From NCBI GenBank assembly GCA_041192805.1, contig JBEEMF010000011.1:1009-65008 (forward strand): DNA of 64,000 nucleotides, read 5' to 3'. This document shows positions 47,202-56,760 of the stretch, piece after piece. The stretch's first letter is position 1, and each line of letters starts with the position of its first letter. Position numbers and translations under genes: made by a program. Source of the stretch: Bacteroidota bacterium (GTDB lineage: Bacteria; Bacteroidota; Bacteroidia; NS11-12g; UBA955). The notes under the pieces are model-generated. The model was not told where the DNA came from and did no database searches. It saw only the letters and a list, made by a program, of their open reading frames with translations.

Positions 47202-49627
47202 TGTTGGATTTGAACCAATGCCGTGGAATTGCCAATGCGCAAGGTGTAAATTCCCGATGCGAGATCTTTTACTGAAATCGAAACAGTATCCGCTGTTACC
47301 TGTCCGTTTAACATCGTAACGCCAGTCATTGAAACCAATTGCCAAGTATTGTTTCTGTAAGCGCCCAATCCTGTAACATTGAATTGATTTGATGCTGGAT
47401 TTGGATACAAATTCAAGCCGCCTTTAATCACCTTCACTGATGCCGTTTTATCAACCAACGTCACAGTACAATTCTTAGAAGTAGCCTGCCATTTGCTATC
47501 GTAATCAACCATCGCGATGTTATTAATTACCGTTTTCAAAGGCAATGTTTGATAGGTCTCAACACGATACATCACATAACCAACACTTCCAATTGGATTG
47601 GCTTCAAATGAACTCAAATTTGCTTCAGGAAAATCTACGACTAACACTCTACCCTGTTCGATGCAATAGTTTGCTTTGTTTGGATAAAACGAGGTCAGAA
47701 CCAAGCGCGACAATGGCAAGTTAGCGTCCAATGTGTCCACCATAACAACGCGCTTCACTAGACTTCCACTTACGTTTCTGAAGTCCACGCGATACTCCCA
47801 CTGCTTTTGACGGTAATCTACGGTTCCCTCTTCGATATTCGATTTCTGTACGGTCACCATCCCACCTCTCCGACTCAAACTCAATTGCAAGGTATCATTG
47901 TTGTCTTTGGTATCGGCATCTTTCTGAGTCAGTCCGGTTCCGGATTTAACCATAAAGTTGAAGTTGTCTGCATTTTGCGCAGTCAATGGAATTGCCGTTG
48001 TAATCACGATGACTTGTTCTCCAAAAGCGGCCAAATTACTCAGTGAATAAATGGCTTCATTGTTGGCGTAATTGTCTGGCATCGGATTGGATTGGAATGC
48101 TGAAATATCCGACCCATGTTGAATATGTACAGTCCCGTTAGTAAGTGCTGTGCCTCCATGATTTGCGATTTTCACAATCACTTTCACTTCGTCGCCCGCT
48201 TTTGCCCCTGCCGGGATAATTGCATTCATTCCCAACTGAACATCTAAAATCGATGGCAATTGGTAGTAACCCAAACTCACATAACTATAAACGCCTTTTC
48301 TAATTCTTGCTGTGTTATTGCCTAAGCAAACACCATACAAATGCTTTCCGGGATTGGTTGATAGATCATAATCACCCGCAGGCATCGCCATTGTAAAGTG
48401 TCCGCTAGAATCGGTAACAGCAAAATAGACTGTACCTGAAACTTTATTTACCATCCTCACCAGTTGGTTCGATAGTCCAATTTCGGCATCGTCTTTTACG
48501 CAATTCGAATTGACATCATAAAATAGATCACCATACAAATTCCCAGATTCAGATTCGATTTTTGAGAAATATTGCAGATCGGTATTGAGTTCGGTAAAAT
48601 CGCCCCATATGAAGGCTCCATCGCCGCGCTGACCTAGGTTAAAAGACCCGTTGATGCGGTTGCCTGTAAATCTCAATGAAGCGCCATCATAGACTAGTAG
48701 TGACGTGCCGTTGCTATTTTTTACAAAAGAACCCCCAATCAAAAGATCGGTACCGGCGCCCATTAATGTTGTGGGTGAGCTAATGCTAAAAGAATCAAAT
48801 CCGATTGGACTCGCCCAAGTACCTTGGAAAATAGAAATTTGCTTATCGCCCGTTGCGTTTTTCCCTAATGCTGCAATTTTATTATTGAAAACTCCCAATT
48901 CTAACACTTCGCCTTTGAAAGGACTTCCTACACCACCCCAACCGCCATTGGCAGCCGTAAAGTAAGCGATATTTCCTGTGCTAGAACCTGCAAAAGTCTG
49001 AAAATCCCCACCAATATAAAGTCGATTCCCTACTACAGCCAAGGTGCGAATCACACCATCTGTACCTTGTGCGGTTCCACTATTTCCCAGGTAAGACCAA
49101 GATTTCCCGTTGTATGCAGCAATGTTTTGAACTGGATTTCCGTTCACCGTGTTATCAAACAACCCCGCAACAATTAGCTTATCGTCGAAAACGGTCATTG
49201 CGATAATTCCATTGTTTCTGGTATCCACAACACCAATTTCAGCGACCCATTTCGCACCATCCCATTTATACAAATGACTTACTGGAACATCGGCGTCGCG
49301 TTCTGCATTGGCAATATAAGCCGCAGCATACATCGTATCGTGATACAAAGCGATGGAATGGAAATTATATGTTCCTTTTACGGTTTTTACGGGTGATGGA
49401 GTTGTTAGCCCTGAATAGTAACTCCAGCTAACACCATTCCAGCGAGCCATTGTGAAATCATTGATTTCGGCTGTAGAGGTTTCTTCGAAAAGCGCCAGGT
49501 ACTCGTTCCCCGCAGCGTAAGATGCAACAACCCGGGCTGGCAAACCAGATCCCAATGGCTGCAACACCTGCGCCTGTGCGGAAACACACAGGATACATAG
49601 CACTGTCAACAAAGACTGAACTCTCAT
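47198..49627 (-). CDS. Secreted beta-propeller-like / SdrD-B-like / DUF11-like protein with T9SS type-A CTD
   Basis: I start at ATG 49627 (MRVQSLLTVLCILCVSAQAQ signal peptide); the track start 49735 would overlap the upstream gene by 68 nt. Repeats of about 50 aa with GG(D/S)F...NIA.(Y/F).G..W..(L/V)G. GDLFYDVNSNCVKDDAEIGLSNQLV...TDSSGHFTMAMPAGDYDL. The CTD is LNLYPNPASNQFNV...GIYTLRIGNSTALVQIQH. Confidence 0.8.
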   Translation of the reverse strand: MRVQSLLTVLCILCVSAQAQVLQPLGSGLPARVVASYAAGNEYLALFEETSTAEINDFTMARWNGVSWSYYSGLTTPSPVKTVKGTYNFHSIALYHDTMYAAAYIANAERDADVPVSHLYKWDGAKWVAEIGVVDTRNNGIIAMTVFDDKLIVAGLFDNTVNGNPVQNIAAYNGKSWSYLGNSGTAQGTDGVIRTLAVVGNRLYIGGDFQTFAGSSTGNIAYFTAANGGWGGVGSPFKGEVLELGVFNNKIAALGKNATGDKQISIFQGTWASPIGFDSFSISSPTTLMGAGTDLLIGGSFVKNSNGTSLLVYDGASLRFTGNRINGSFNLGQRGDGAFIWGDFTELNTDLQYFSKIESESGNLYGDLFYDVNSNCVKDDAEIGLSNQLVRMVNKVSGTVYFAVTDSSGHFTMAMPAGDYDLSTNPGKHLYGVCLGNNTARIRKGVYSYVSLGYYQLPSILDVQLGMNAIIPAGAKAGDEVKVIVKIANHGGTALTNGTVHIQHGSDISAFQSNPMPDNYANNEAIYSLSNLAAFGEQVIVITTAIPLTAQNADNFNFMVKSGTGLTQKDADTKDNNDTLQLSLSRRGGMVTVQKSNIEEGTVDYRQKQWEYRVDFRNVSGSLVKRVVMVDTLDANLPLSRLVLTSFYPNKANYCIEQGRVLVVDFPEANLSSFEANPIGSVGYVMYRVETYQTLPLKTVINNIAMVDYDSKWQATSKNCTVTLVDKTASVKVIKGGLNLYPNPASNQFNVTGLGAYRNNTWQLVSMTGVTMLNGQVTADTVSISVKDLASGIYTLRIGNSTALVQIQH

Positions 49628-49667
49628 CCCATGCAATTTATACCATATAAAACACTTTTTCTTCACT

Positions 49668-51050
49668 TTATTGAATTCTCCAAGAATAATGTGCGGACAA
49701 TCCCAACGACCAACCCCTTGGCTGCAAAGCAGCATTTGGGATATACATTGAGGTTAACATTGACTGTGCATTGAATCGCAATCCAATGGCATGGCTATAA
49801 TTGAGGCGTTTTTCAACTCCCACTGCAACACGAGCACCCCAAATCAGTTTTCTAAAGTTCGATGCCTGCTGCGCGGTTTGCAATAATGTTTGATAATCCA
49901 ATGTCTGCGCACCGGTTGATACCGACAATTTGTTGGCTTGCAACAACACCTCAGGCGTAATTGAATATTGTTTTGTTATTGGAAAATAACCCACATAACC
50001 AACGGGCACAGAAATCATCGAATAGGTGGTTTGAGAATTGAATTTCACTTGCGGTCCTAAGCCCAAATACCCAAAAATAGGATAGTAACCCAAGGCATCA
50101 GGATTGTTGCCTGGAATCACCGTTGCCGGCATACTATCTCTAAAGTCGAACCGCTGCTGCGTGCGATTCTCAGCATACGCAAACCCCAATTTAACAGCGT
50201 GATTCTTAGTAATTTGGTATACACTAGAAATATTGAAGCGACCTGCACTCAAGGTAAATTCGCCGTCTTTCATTTGGTTGAAATAATTCTTGTGGACGTA
50301 TTTCGATAAATCCGCCGTGCTGCGATACATAAAACCTGTTTGATTCGCGTCTACGCCAGCTTCAATCATCCAACGACCCAACAATTTATCTGATTTCTTG
50401 TCAACAGACCATGCCAACTGATCGGCAGAGGCACTAGACTCTGAACTTGGATTCACCGCGCCTTCAATTTCCACGAACTCGATTCCAAATGGATTTAAAT
50501 CCAATATTGCAGGTACTACATCGGCCGTATTTTCAATTATGAGTTGGACAGGACTTGGAGTGTTAAATTCTGGTGCTTGAATTGGGTCAGGGGTATTTTC
50601 AGGATTGATATAATTGCCAGAAGGATTATACTTCAAAGACTTTGACTTCGAGGTAGCTCCGTTTAATGGTGATTCTGGATTAGATTGAGATTCAGGATTC
50701 TGAATTGGAGCATTCAGATCGGAGAAATTAGAAGATTTCGTTTGATCCAATTCCGACTTCTCTGTAATTTTTACTGCGCCAGTTTGTGCAACCGTTTTTG
50801 GGGCAGCAACTGACTTATTCGATATCTTATTCCACTGAAACAGCGAGCCCGCAACCACTAATAACAGAACGCCAGCAACCAGCCAATACCATATGAATTT
50901 TTGCTGACGTTCTTTGCGGTCAAGGGAAGCATCTATCGACTGCCATAGCGCAGGTTCGGGATTCGGGGTAAAATCCTCGAACTGTTGGCTTAACCAATTG
51001 TCGATATGTTTGTTACTGTTTTCCAGTGTCCTTGTTTCTTTGTTTTTCAA
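49668..51050 (-). CDS. Single-pass membrane protein downstream of ECF sigma (anti-sigma-like N-terminus, P/S/N-rich linker, C-terminal beta-barrel-like domain)
   Basis: 460 aa. The only canonical start upstream of the conserved-looking HIDNWLSQQFEDFTPNPEPALWQSI is TTG 51050, which overlaps the sigma gene by 38 nt. TM FIWYWLVAGVLLLVVAGSLF. The last ~230 aa show alternating amphipathic strands (AVKLGFAYAE, YSMISVPVGYVGYF, IWGARVAVGVEKRL, HAIGLRFNAQS, WSLGLSAHYSW). Confidence 0.5.
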   Translation of the reverse strand: MKNKETRTLENSNKHIDNWLSQQFEDFTPNPEPALWQSIDASLDRKERQQKFIWYWLVAGVLLLVVAGSLFQWNKISNKSVAAPKTVAQTGAVKITEKSELDQTKSSNFSDLNAPIQNPESQSNPESPLNGATSKSKSLKYNPSGNYINPENTPDPIQAPEFNTPSPVQLIIENTADVVPAILDLNPFGIEFVEIEGAVNPSSESSASADQLAWSVDKKSDKLLGRWMIEAGVDANQTGFMYRSTADLSKYVHKNYFNQMKDGEFTLSAGRFNISSVYQITKNHAVKLGFAYAENRTQQRFDFRDSMPATVIPGNNPDALGYYPIFGYLGLGPQVKFNSQTTYSMISVPVGYVGYFPITKQYSITPEVLLQANKLSVSTGAQTLDYQTLLQTAQQASNFRKLIWGARVAVGVEKRLNYSHAIGLRFNAQSMLTSMYIPNAALQPRGWSLGLSAHYSWRIQ

Positions 51051-51567
51051 CTAAATCTTTGAGCATCACGCGGGCCCTAAATAAAAGGCTCTTACTGTTC
51101 GATACGCTGGTTCCCAACACTTCAGAAATTTCTTGGTGAGAGAGTTTATCAATTGCATACATGTTAATCACGATGCGATATTTCTCCGGGAGCTCCATCA
51201 AACAGGCGAGCACTTCATTGACTTCCATTGGTTCATCCACTGTTGTGGTTTCACCGGAAGTATCATCCAGAACATCAACCACTTCCACCATAACGGGGCC
51301 GCGAGCTGATTTTCTGAATCTCGACATGGCTAAGTTGATGATGATACGCGTCATCCAACCTTCCAATTGAGAAGTGTCATTCAGGGTAGCAATACTGTCA
51401 AAGACCTTAATGAAACCATCTTGTAACAAATCCTGAGCATCAGCGCGGCTGTTAGAGTATCGCAAGCAAAATCCAAACATTTTGGCAGCATATTTCTCGT
51501 AGAGAGTCTTTTGCGCCTGTCTGTCTTTTTTGATACATCCGGCTATGATATCATTGGTGTTTAGCAA
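51013..51567 (-). CDS. ECF (group 4) RNA polymerase sigma-70 factor
   Basis: 184 aa with a TTG start. Region 2 is DAQDLLQDGFIKVFDSIATLNDTSQLEGWMTRIIINLAMSRFR. Region 4 is SHQEISEVLGTSVSNSKSLLFRARVML. Confidence 0.85.
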   Translation of the reverse strand: MLNTNDIIAGCIKKDRQAQKTLYEKYAAKMFGFCLRYSNSRADAQDLLQDGFIKVFDSIATLNDTSQLEGWMTRIIINLAMSRFRKSARGPVMVEVVDVLDDTSGETTTVDEPMEVNEVLACLMELPEKYRIVINMYAIDKLSHQEISEVLGTSVSNSKSLLFRARVMLKDLVEKQRNKDTGKQ

Positions 51568-51581
51568 GTAGCTTCGAGGTT

Positions 51582-51609
51582 ATGACGCACAAATCGCGAT
51601 TGGTTGCAA
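51582..51609 (-). promoter_or_regulatory. ECF-sigma-type promoter TTGCAACCAAT-N11-CGTCAT upstream of the ECF sigma operon (probable autoregulation)
   Basis: The minus strand reads TTGCAACCAATcgcgatttgtgCGTCAT, ending 14 nt before TTG 51567. It matches 10267..10294 in sequence and spacing. Confidence 0.5.
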
Positions 51610-51682
51610 AGAAAAATGGAAAATTTTGTGTTTTATACGCATAGTATCGGGACCGACCGCATTTAAGGCCACTTTTGCGATG

Positions 51683-51690
51683 TATTTTTG
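51683..51690 (+). promoter_or_regulatory. -7 box TATTTTTG upstream of the E1 alpha/beta gene
   Basis: gatgTATTTTTGaaaaat, 28 nt before ATG 51719. Confidence 0.4.
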
Positions 51691-51718
51691 AAAAATAGAA
51701 CCTACTATTAATTAATGC

Positions 51719-53707
51719 ATGCTGTACGATCGAAAGAATTTATCTGATGCCGTATTACTGAGTTTATACCGTGGTTTATTAAAGCCGCGATTGATCGAAG
51801 ATCGAATGCTCGTGCTATTGCGTCAAGGCAAAGTGGGCAAATGGTTTAGCGGTATTGGTCAAGAGGCGATTTCGGTGGGCATTACGATGGCATTAGACCC
51901 AGACGAATACATCATGCCGCTACATAGGAATTTGGGGGTTTTCACTTCGCGAGGCATTCCATTTGGCAAGCTTTTCGCCCAATGGCAAGGAAAAAAATCT
52001 GGATTTAGCAAAGGCCGAGAGCGCAGTTTTCACTTTGGAACCAATGAATACGCCATCGTGGGGATGATTTCTCACTTGGGTGCGATGCTAGGTGTGGCCA
52101 ATGGCGTTTCCCTTTCCCACGTCTTAAATCATCGTAAAAAAATCTCTGTCGCATTTTCTGGCGATGGCGGTACCTCCGAAGGCGACTTTCACGAGGCACT
52201 TAACGTGGCTGCCGTTTGGCAATTGCCCGTGATCTTTTTAATCGAAAATAATGGCTATGGACTAAGTACGCCATCGAACGAACAGTTTAAGTGCAAGCAA
52301 TTCATCGACAAGGGAATCGGCTATGGCATGGAGACAGTGCAGGTGGATGGAAATAATATTTTAGAAGTTTATCATACCGCAACGCATTGGGCGGAAGAAC
52401 TCAGAAACAATCCCCGTCCGATTATTTTTGAAGCGCTTACCTTTAGAATGAGAGGCCATGAAGAGGCCAGCGGCGTGAAATATGTACCCGAACATTTATT
52501 TGAGGAATGGGGCAAAAAAGACCCTTTAAGCAATTACGAATCCTATTTAAAAGAATTGGGCATTTTGTCCGATGCGATCATCGATCAATATAAAAAAGAG
52601 TTTTTGGCAGAGATCGAAGTGGGCTTGGAAACCACATTTGCGGAAGAGGAAGTAGTTCCGGATTTGGCAGAGGAAATGAACGATATGTATGCGCCATTTG
52701 AATTTGCCAATGATTTTCAATGTGCAGATAGCGCTCCGGAGAGTGACCGAGACCTGCGATTGGTGGATGCGATTAAGGAGGGTTTGGAGCAGAGCATGGT
52801 ACGACATGATAATCTTGTGATTATGGGTCAGGACGTGGCCGAATATGGTGGCGTTTTCAAAATCACCGACGGATTTCTTGAGAAATTTGGCAAGGGCCGT
52901 GTGCGAAATACGCCCATCACCGAGAGTTCAATTTTGGGTGCGGGTTACGGTTTGAGCATCGCCAAACAAAAGGCCGTTGTTGAAATGCAATTTGCGGATT
53001 TTGTCACCTGCGGATACAATCAAATCGTAAACAATTTAGCCAAGAGCCATTACCGGTGGGGTCAGCCTGCCGATGTGGTAGTTCGCATGCCAACCGGCGC
53101 GGGCGTGCAAGCCGGCCCTTTTCACAGTCAGAGCACCGAGGCATGGTTTTACCACGTTCCGGGTTTAAAAATATATTATCCAAGCACGCCAGCCGATGCA
53201 AAGGGTTTATTGATGCGCGCCATCGAGGATCCAAATCCTGTGTTGTTTTTTGAGCACAAGTTGTTGTATCGATCGGTGAGCGGCGGCGTAGCCGCCGCCC
53301 CCTACCTCATTGAAGAAGGAAAAGCCACTGTCCATGATCATGGCGACGACTTTTGCATCGTCACTTACGGTTGGGGTGTCCACAAAGCCTTGGATTGCAT
53401 CAAAGAACATAATCTTAACGGCCGGGTCATCGACCTTAGAACCCTCATCCCTTGGGACAAAGAGGAAGTCGCCGCACAAGTGAAAGCCACAGGTAAAGTT
53501 CTCGTCCTCACCGAAGATACACTTACCGGAAGCATCGCATCAGACATCGCCGCTTGGATTTCGGAACACTGCTTCCAAGATCTCGATGCGCCGGTGCAAC
53601 GTTTGGGCAGTCTTGACACCCCCGTACCGCTAGCCAAAACCCTAGAAGACCATTTTCTTCCTTGGGAGCGCTTGCCATTGGCATTAAAATCACTCATCGA
53701 ATATTGA
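51719..53707 (+). CDS. 2-oxoacid dehydrogenase E1 component, fused alpha/beta subunits (TPP-dependent)
   Basis: 662 aa. The alpha part has GDGGTSEGDFHEALNVAAVWQLPVIFLIENNGYGLST (TPP motif). The beta part has MGQDVAEYGGVFKIT..., RVRNTPITESSILGAG and YPSTPADAKGLL. No E2 or E3 in the window. Confidence 0.85.
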   Translation: MLYDRKNLSDAVLLSLYRGLLKPRLIEDRMLVLLRQGKVGKWFSGIGQEAISVGITMALDPDEYIMPLHRNLGVFTSRGIPFGKLFAQWQGKKSGFSKGRERSFHFGTNEYAIVGMISHLGAMLGVANGVSLSHVLNHRKKISVAFSGDGGTSEGDFHEALNVAAVWQLPVIFLIENNGYGLSTPSNEQFKCKQFIDKGIGYGMETVQVDGNNILEVYHTATHWAEELRNNPRPIIFEALTFRMRGHEEASGVKYVPEHLFEEWGKKDPLSNYESYLKELGILSDAIIDQYKKEFLAEIEVGLETTFAEEEVVPDLAEEMNDMYAPFEFANDFQCADSAPESDRDLRLVDAIKEGLEQSMVRHDNLVIMGQDVAEYGGVFKITDGFLEKFGKGRVRNTPITESSILGAGYGLSIAKQKAVVEMQFADFVTCGYNQIVNNLAKSHYRWGQPADVVVRMPTGAGVQAGPFHSQSTEAWFYHVPGLKIYYPSTPADAKGLLMRAIEDPNPVLFFEHKLLYRSVSGGVAAAPYLIEEGKATVHDHGDDFCIVTYGWGVHKALDCIKEHNLNGRVIDLRTLIPWDKEEVAAQVKATGKVLVLTEDTLTGSIASDIAAWISEHCFQDLDAPVQRLGSLDTPVPLAKTLEDHFLPWERLPLALKSLIEY

Positions 53708-55650
53708 CAACTGAAAAAGGAAATATTAACCCAACACACACCCTCTCGATCGACACCAGTTCTGAGGCGTCCCTGGCATTTTCCTTCGTCAACGATACCC
53801 AACAACACATTTTTTTAACGGGAAAAGCAGGAACGGGAAAAACAACCTTCCTAAAAAACTTGCTGTCCCAGTCGCTGAAAAAAACCGTTGTCGTTGCCCC
53901 CACCGGTGTCGCCGCAATCAATGCCGGCGGAAGCACCATCCATAGCATGTTTGGGCTTCCCACCCGAGCTTATGTGCCCACCAACGAGCCGGTAGACCCA
54001 AACGTTGCCAACAATACGCCGATGATTCGGGAGCATTTTCATTATCCCAAGGTGAAGCGCGACCTATTTCAAGCGCTTGAATTACTGGTGATTGATGAAA
54101 TCTCCATGGTTCGGGCCGATCTATTTGATGCGATAGATACCGCACTTCGATTTGCTAGAAACAGCTCCAAACCCTTTGGTGGAGTTCAATTGCTTCTCAT
54201 TGGCGATTTATTGCAGCTGCCACCCGTAGTTACCGAACATGAACGCGGACTCATTTATCATTACTATGCCACCGAGTTTTTCTTTTCTTCCAAGATTTTC
54301 CCGAGTCTTCAGCTGATTACCATTGAGTTAAAAACCATTTATCGTCAAAGCGATAGGCAGTTCATCAACCTATTGAACCAAATTCGATCCAACCAAATGG
54401 AGAGTTGGGACTACGAAAATCTTGCAGAACGAATTCAAACCGATTTTCAACCCAAAGAGCCTGGATGGATCACACTTACCACCCACAACAAACAGGCCGA
54501 AGGGATCAATGAAAAGGAATTGGCAAAACTGGATGTCGCTGAAAAACAATACGTTGCCAAAGTATCTGGCGAATTCAACGAAGGCAGTTTCCCCACCGAA
54601 GGCATTTTACGACTCAAAGAAGGCGCTCAGGTGATGTTTGTCAAAAACGACACCTCCTACGAAAAACGATACTACAACGGTAAAATTGGTACCGTAACCC
54701 ATATTGGCGGCAATACGATTTTTATTCATTGCAACGACGGCAAGCCGGCCATGGAAATCGAAAGAGAAACATGGAAAAACCTGCGCTACAACTACAACCC
54801 AACTGGAGAAACTGTTGAACAGGAAGAAGTTGGCAGCTTTGAGCAGTTCCCCGTTCGTTTGGCATGGGCCATAACCGTGCACAAAAGTCAGGGTTTGACC
54901 TTTGAAAAAGCGATGATCGATGCAGGGAAGAGTTTCGCACCCGGCCAAGTTTATGTCGCACTAAGTAGATGCACCAACCTCGATTCAATGGTCTTATTGA
55001 CCGCCATTCGGGCGCAGAACATCATGACCGATCAGCGGATTTTGGAATTTCACGAATCCCAAGCCAAGACCCGCGACTTATTTGAAATTTTAGAAGAAAA
55101 ACGTCAGGCCTACCACAAGCAACAATTGATGGAAGTCTATGGCGTAAAGCATTTACATTACGAATTCAATGGGATGATGATTGCGATTTCCAAGGAAAAA
55201 AGCGCGAAAATAACGACCAAATTTGCAGAATTATCTCCCATACGATTGCAGTTTCAGGAGATGGATGCCACGGCGCAGAAATTCCAACGATCGATAGCGA
55301 AGATGTTTCATGAGCATGAGGCGCGATGGGAAAGTTTGGAGCGACTGCCAACGGCGGAAGAACAGGCACAGGCCCAGGAAGAGCTGACCCAATTATTGAT
55401 CGAGCGATGCACCAAGGCGGGCAATTATTTTGCCGATATGTTGAGTGAGCAGATCATCGAACCGGTTAGAAGATCTTTTAGCGAGGTCGCGCGCGGCGGA
55501 AAGCCTCTTGGTTCACAAAAAATTCGCGACCGTGTTGGTGATTTTCAATCGCATTGTTGGTCGTACATCAAAAAACTATACAAAGTAAAATACGGCGAGG
55601 TCCCACTCTTTGTGAGCGAAAACAAAATCAGTAATCCCGAAAATTTCTAA
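53704..55650 (+). CDS. Pif1/RecD-like SF1 helicase with ~190-aa helical C-terminal extension
   Basis: Walker A FLTGKAGTGKTTFL, LVIDEISMV, LLLIGDLLQLPPV and WAITVHKSQGLTFEKAMID...VYVALSRC motifs. Start is either TTG 53704 (ataTTGA, overlapping the E1 stop) or TTG 53662. Confidence 0.75.
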   Translation: MTTEKGNINPTHTLSIDTSSEASLAFSFVNDTQQHIFLTGKAGTGKTTFLKNLLSQSLKKTVVVAPTGVAAINAGGSTIHSMFGLPTRAYVPTNEPVDPNVANNTPMIREHFHYPKVKRDLFQALELLVIDEISMVRADLFDAIDTALRFARNSSKPFGGVQLLLIGDLLQLPPVVTEHERGLIYHYYATEFFFSSKIFPSLQLITIELKTIYRQSDRQFINLLNQIRSNQMESWDYENLAERIQTDFQPKEPGWITLTTHNKQAEGINEKELAKLDVAEKQYVAKVSGEFNEGSFPTEGILRLKEGAQVMFVKNDTSYEKRYYNGKIGTVTHIGGNTIFIHCNDGKPAMEIERETWKNLRYNYNPTGETVEQEEVGSFEQFPVRLAWAITVHKSQGLTFEKAMIDAGKSFAPGQVYVALSRCTNLDSMVLLTAIRAQNIMTDQRILEFHESQAKTRDLFEILEEKRQAYHKQQLMEVYGVKHLHYEFNGMMIAISKEKSAKITTKFAELSPIRLQFQEMDATAQKFQRSIAKMFHEHEARWESLERLPTAEEQAQAQEELTQLLIERCTKAGNYFADMLSEQIIEPVRRSFSEVARGGKPLGSQKIRDRVGDFQSHCWSYIKKLYKVKYGEVPLFVSENKISNPENF

Positions 55651-56748
55651 TTAAACGTTAAAGCGGAAGTGCATACAATCTCCGTCTTTCACGGTGTATT
55701 CTTTCCCTTCTACACGCAACTTCCCAACTTCCCGGCAGGCGGCTTCAGAACCATAGTGGATATAATCCTCGTAAGCGATAACCTCTGCGCGGATAAATCC
55801 TTTTTCAAAATCAGAGTGAATTTCTCCGGCTGCACCGGGGCCTTTCGTCCCTTCGGTGATGGTCCAAGCGCGAACTTCTTTCACTCCCACGGTGAAGTAA
55901 GTGATATAGTTCAACAACTTGTAAGCGGCATGAATCAACTTCTCTACCCCACTCTTTTCCAACCCCATTTCTAGGAGAAACATTTGCCTATCCTCAAAAC
56001 TTTCCAAATCAGCAATTTCTGCTTCGATGGCTGCTGAAATCAAAATCAAACCTGCATTCTCACCGGCGATGGCAGTTTTCACTGCTTCAACGTGGGCATT
56101 TCCATTATTCACACTTTCTGGATCCACATTGCACACATACAAAACGGGTTTGTCGGTTAGCAAATTCAATTCCTTAATAAACAATCTTTTTTCCGGCTCA
56201 ATTTCTAGTGTTCTTGCGTTTTGACCCTTCAACAAATGGGCCTGAAATGCTTCGCACACTTCCAACATTTTTGAGGCATCTTTATCGCCCGTTTTGGCTT
56301 GTTTGAACACCTTTGAAATATTCTTTTCGAGTGATTCCAAATCCTTCAACTGAAGTTCCGTATCGATAATTTCTTTGTCGCGCACAGGATTCACAGAACC
56401 ATCTACGTGAATGATATTATCGTCATCAAAGCAACGTAAAACATGTAAAATGGCATTTGTGTTTCGGATATTTCCCAAAAACTGATTGCCCAATCCATCG
56501 CCCTTACTTGCACCTTTCACCAAACCCGCGATATCCACGATTTCGATGTTGGTTGGAACCAAGCTCAACGGATTTACCAACGCAGCCAATTTGTTCATCC
56601 GAACATCGGGAACGGTGATTGTACCTACGTTAGGTTCAATTGTACAGAAAGGGAAATTTGCAGATTGCGCTTTTGCGCTTGAAACCGCATTAAAAAGGGT
56701 TGATTTCCCTACATTGGGAAGTCCCACGATACCACATTGCATTGCCAT
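55651..56748 (-). CDS. ychF: Redox-regulated ATPase YchF
   Basis: 365 aa. GIVGLPNVGKSTLFNA, DIAGLVKGAS and the C-terminal TGS/YchF block RAWTI..GTKGPGAAGEIHSDFEKGFIRAEV. Confidence 0.95.
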   Translation of the reverse strand: MAMQCGIVGLPNVGKSTLFNAVSSAKAQSANFPFCTIEPNVGTITVPDVRMNKLAALVNPLSLVPTNIEIVDIAGLVKGASKGDGLGNQFLGNIRNTNAILHVLRCFDDDNIIHVDGSVNPVRDKEIIDTELQLKDLESLEKNISKVFKQAKTGDKDASKMLEVCEAFQAHLLKGQNARTLEIEPEKRLFIKELNLLTDKPVLYVCNVDPESVNNGNAHVEAVKTAIAGENAGLILISAAIEAEIADLESFEDRQMFLLEMGLEKSGVEKLIHAAYKLLNYITYFTVGVKEVRAWTITEGTKGPGAAGEIHSDFEKGFIRAEVIAYEDYIHYGSEAACREVGKLRVEGKEYTVKDGDCMHFRFNV

Positions 56749-56760
56749 TGGGGCGCAAAT

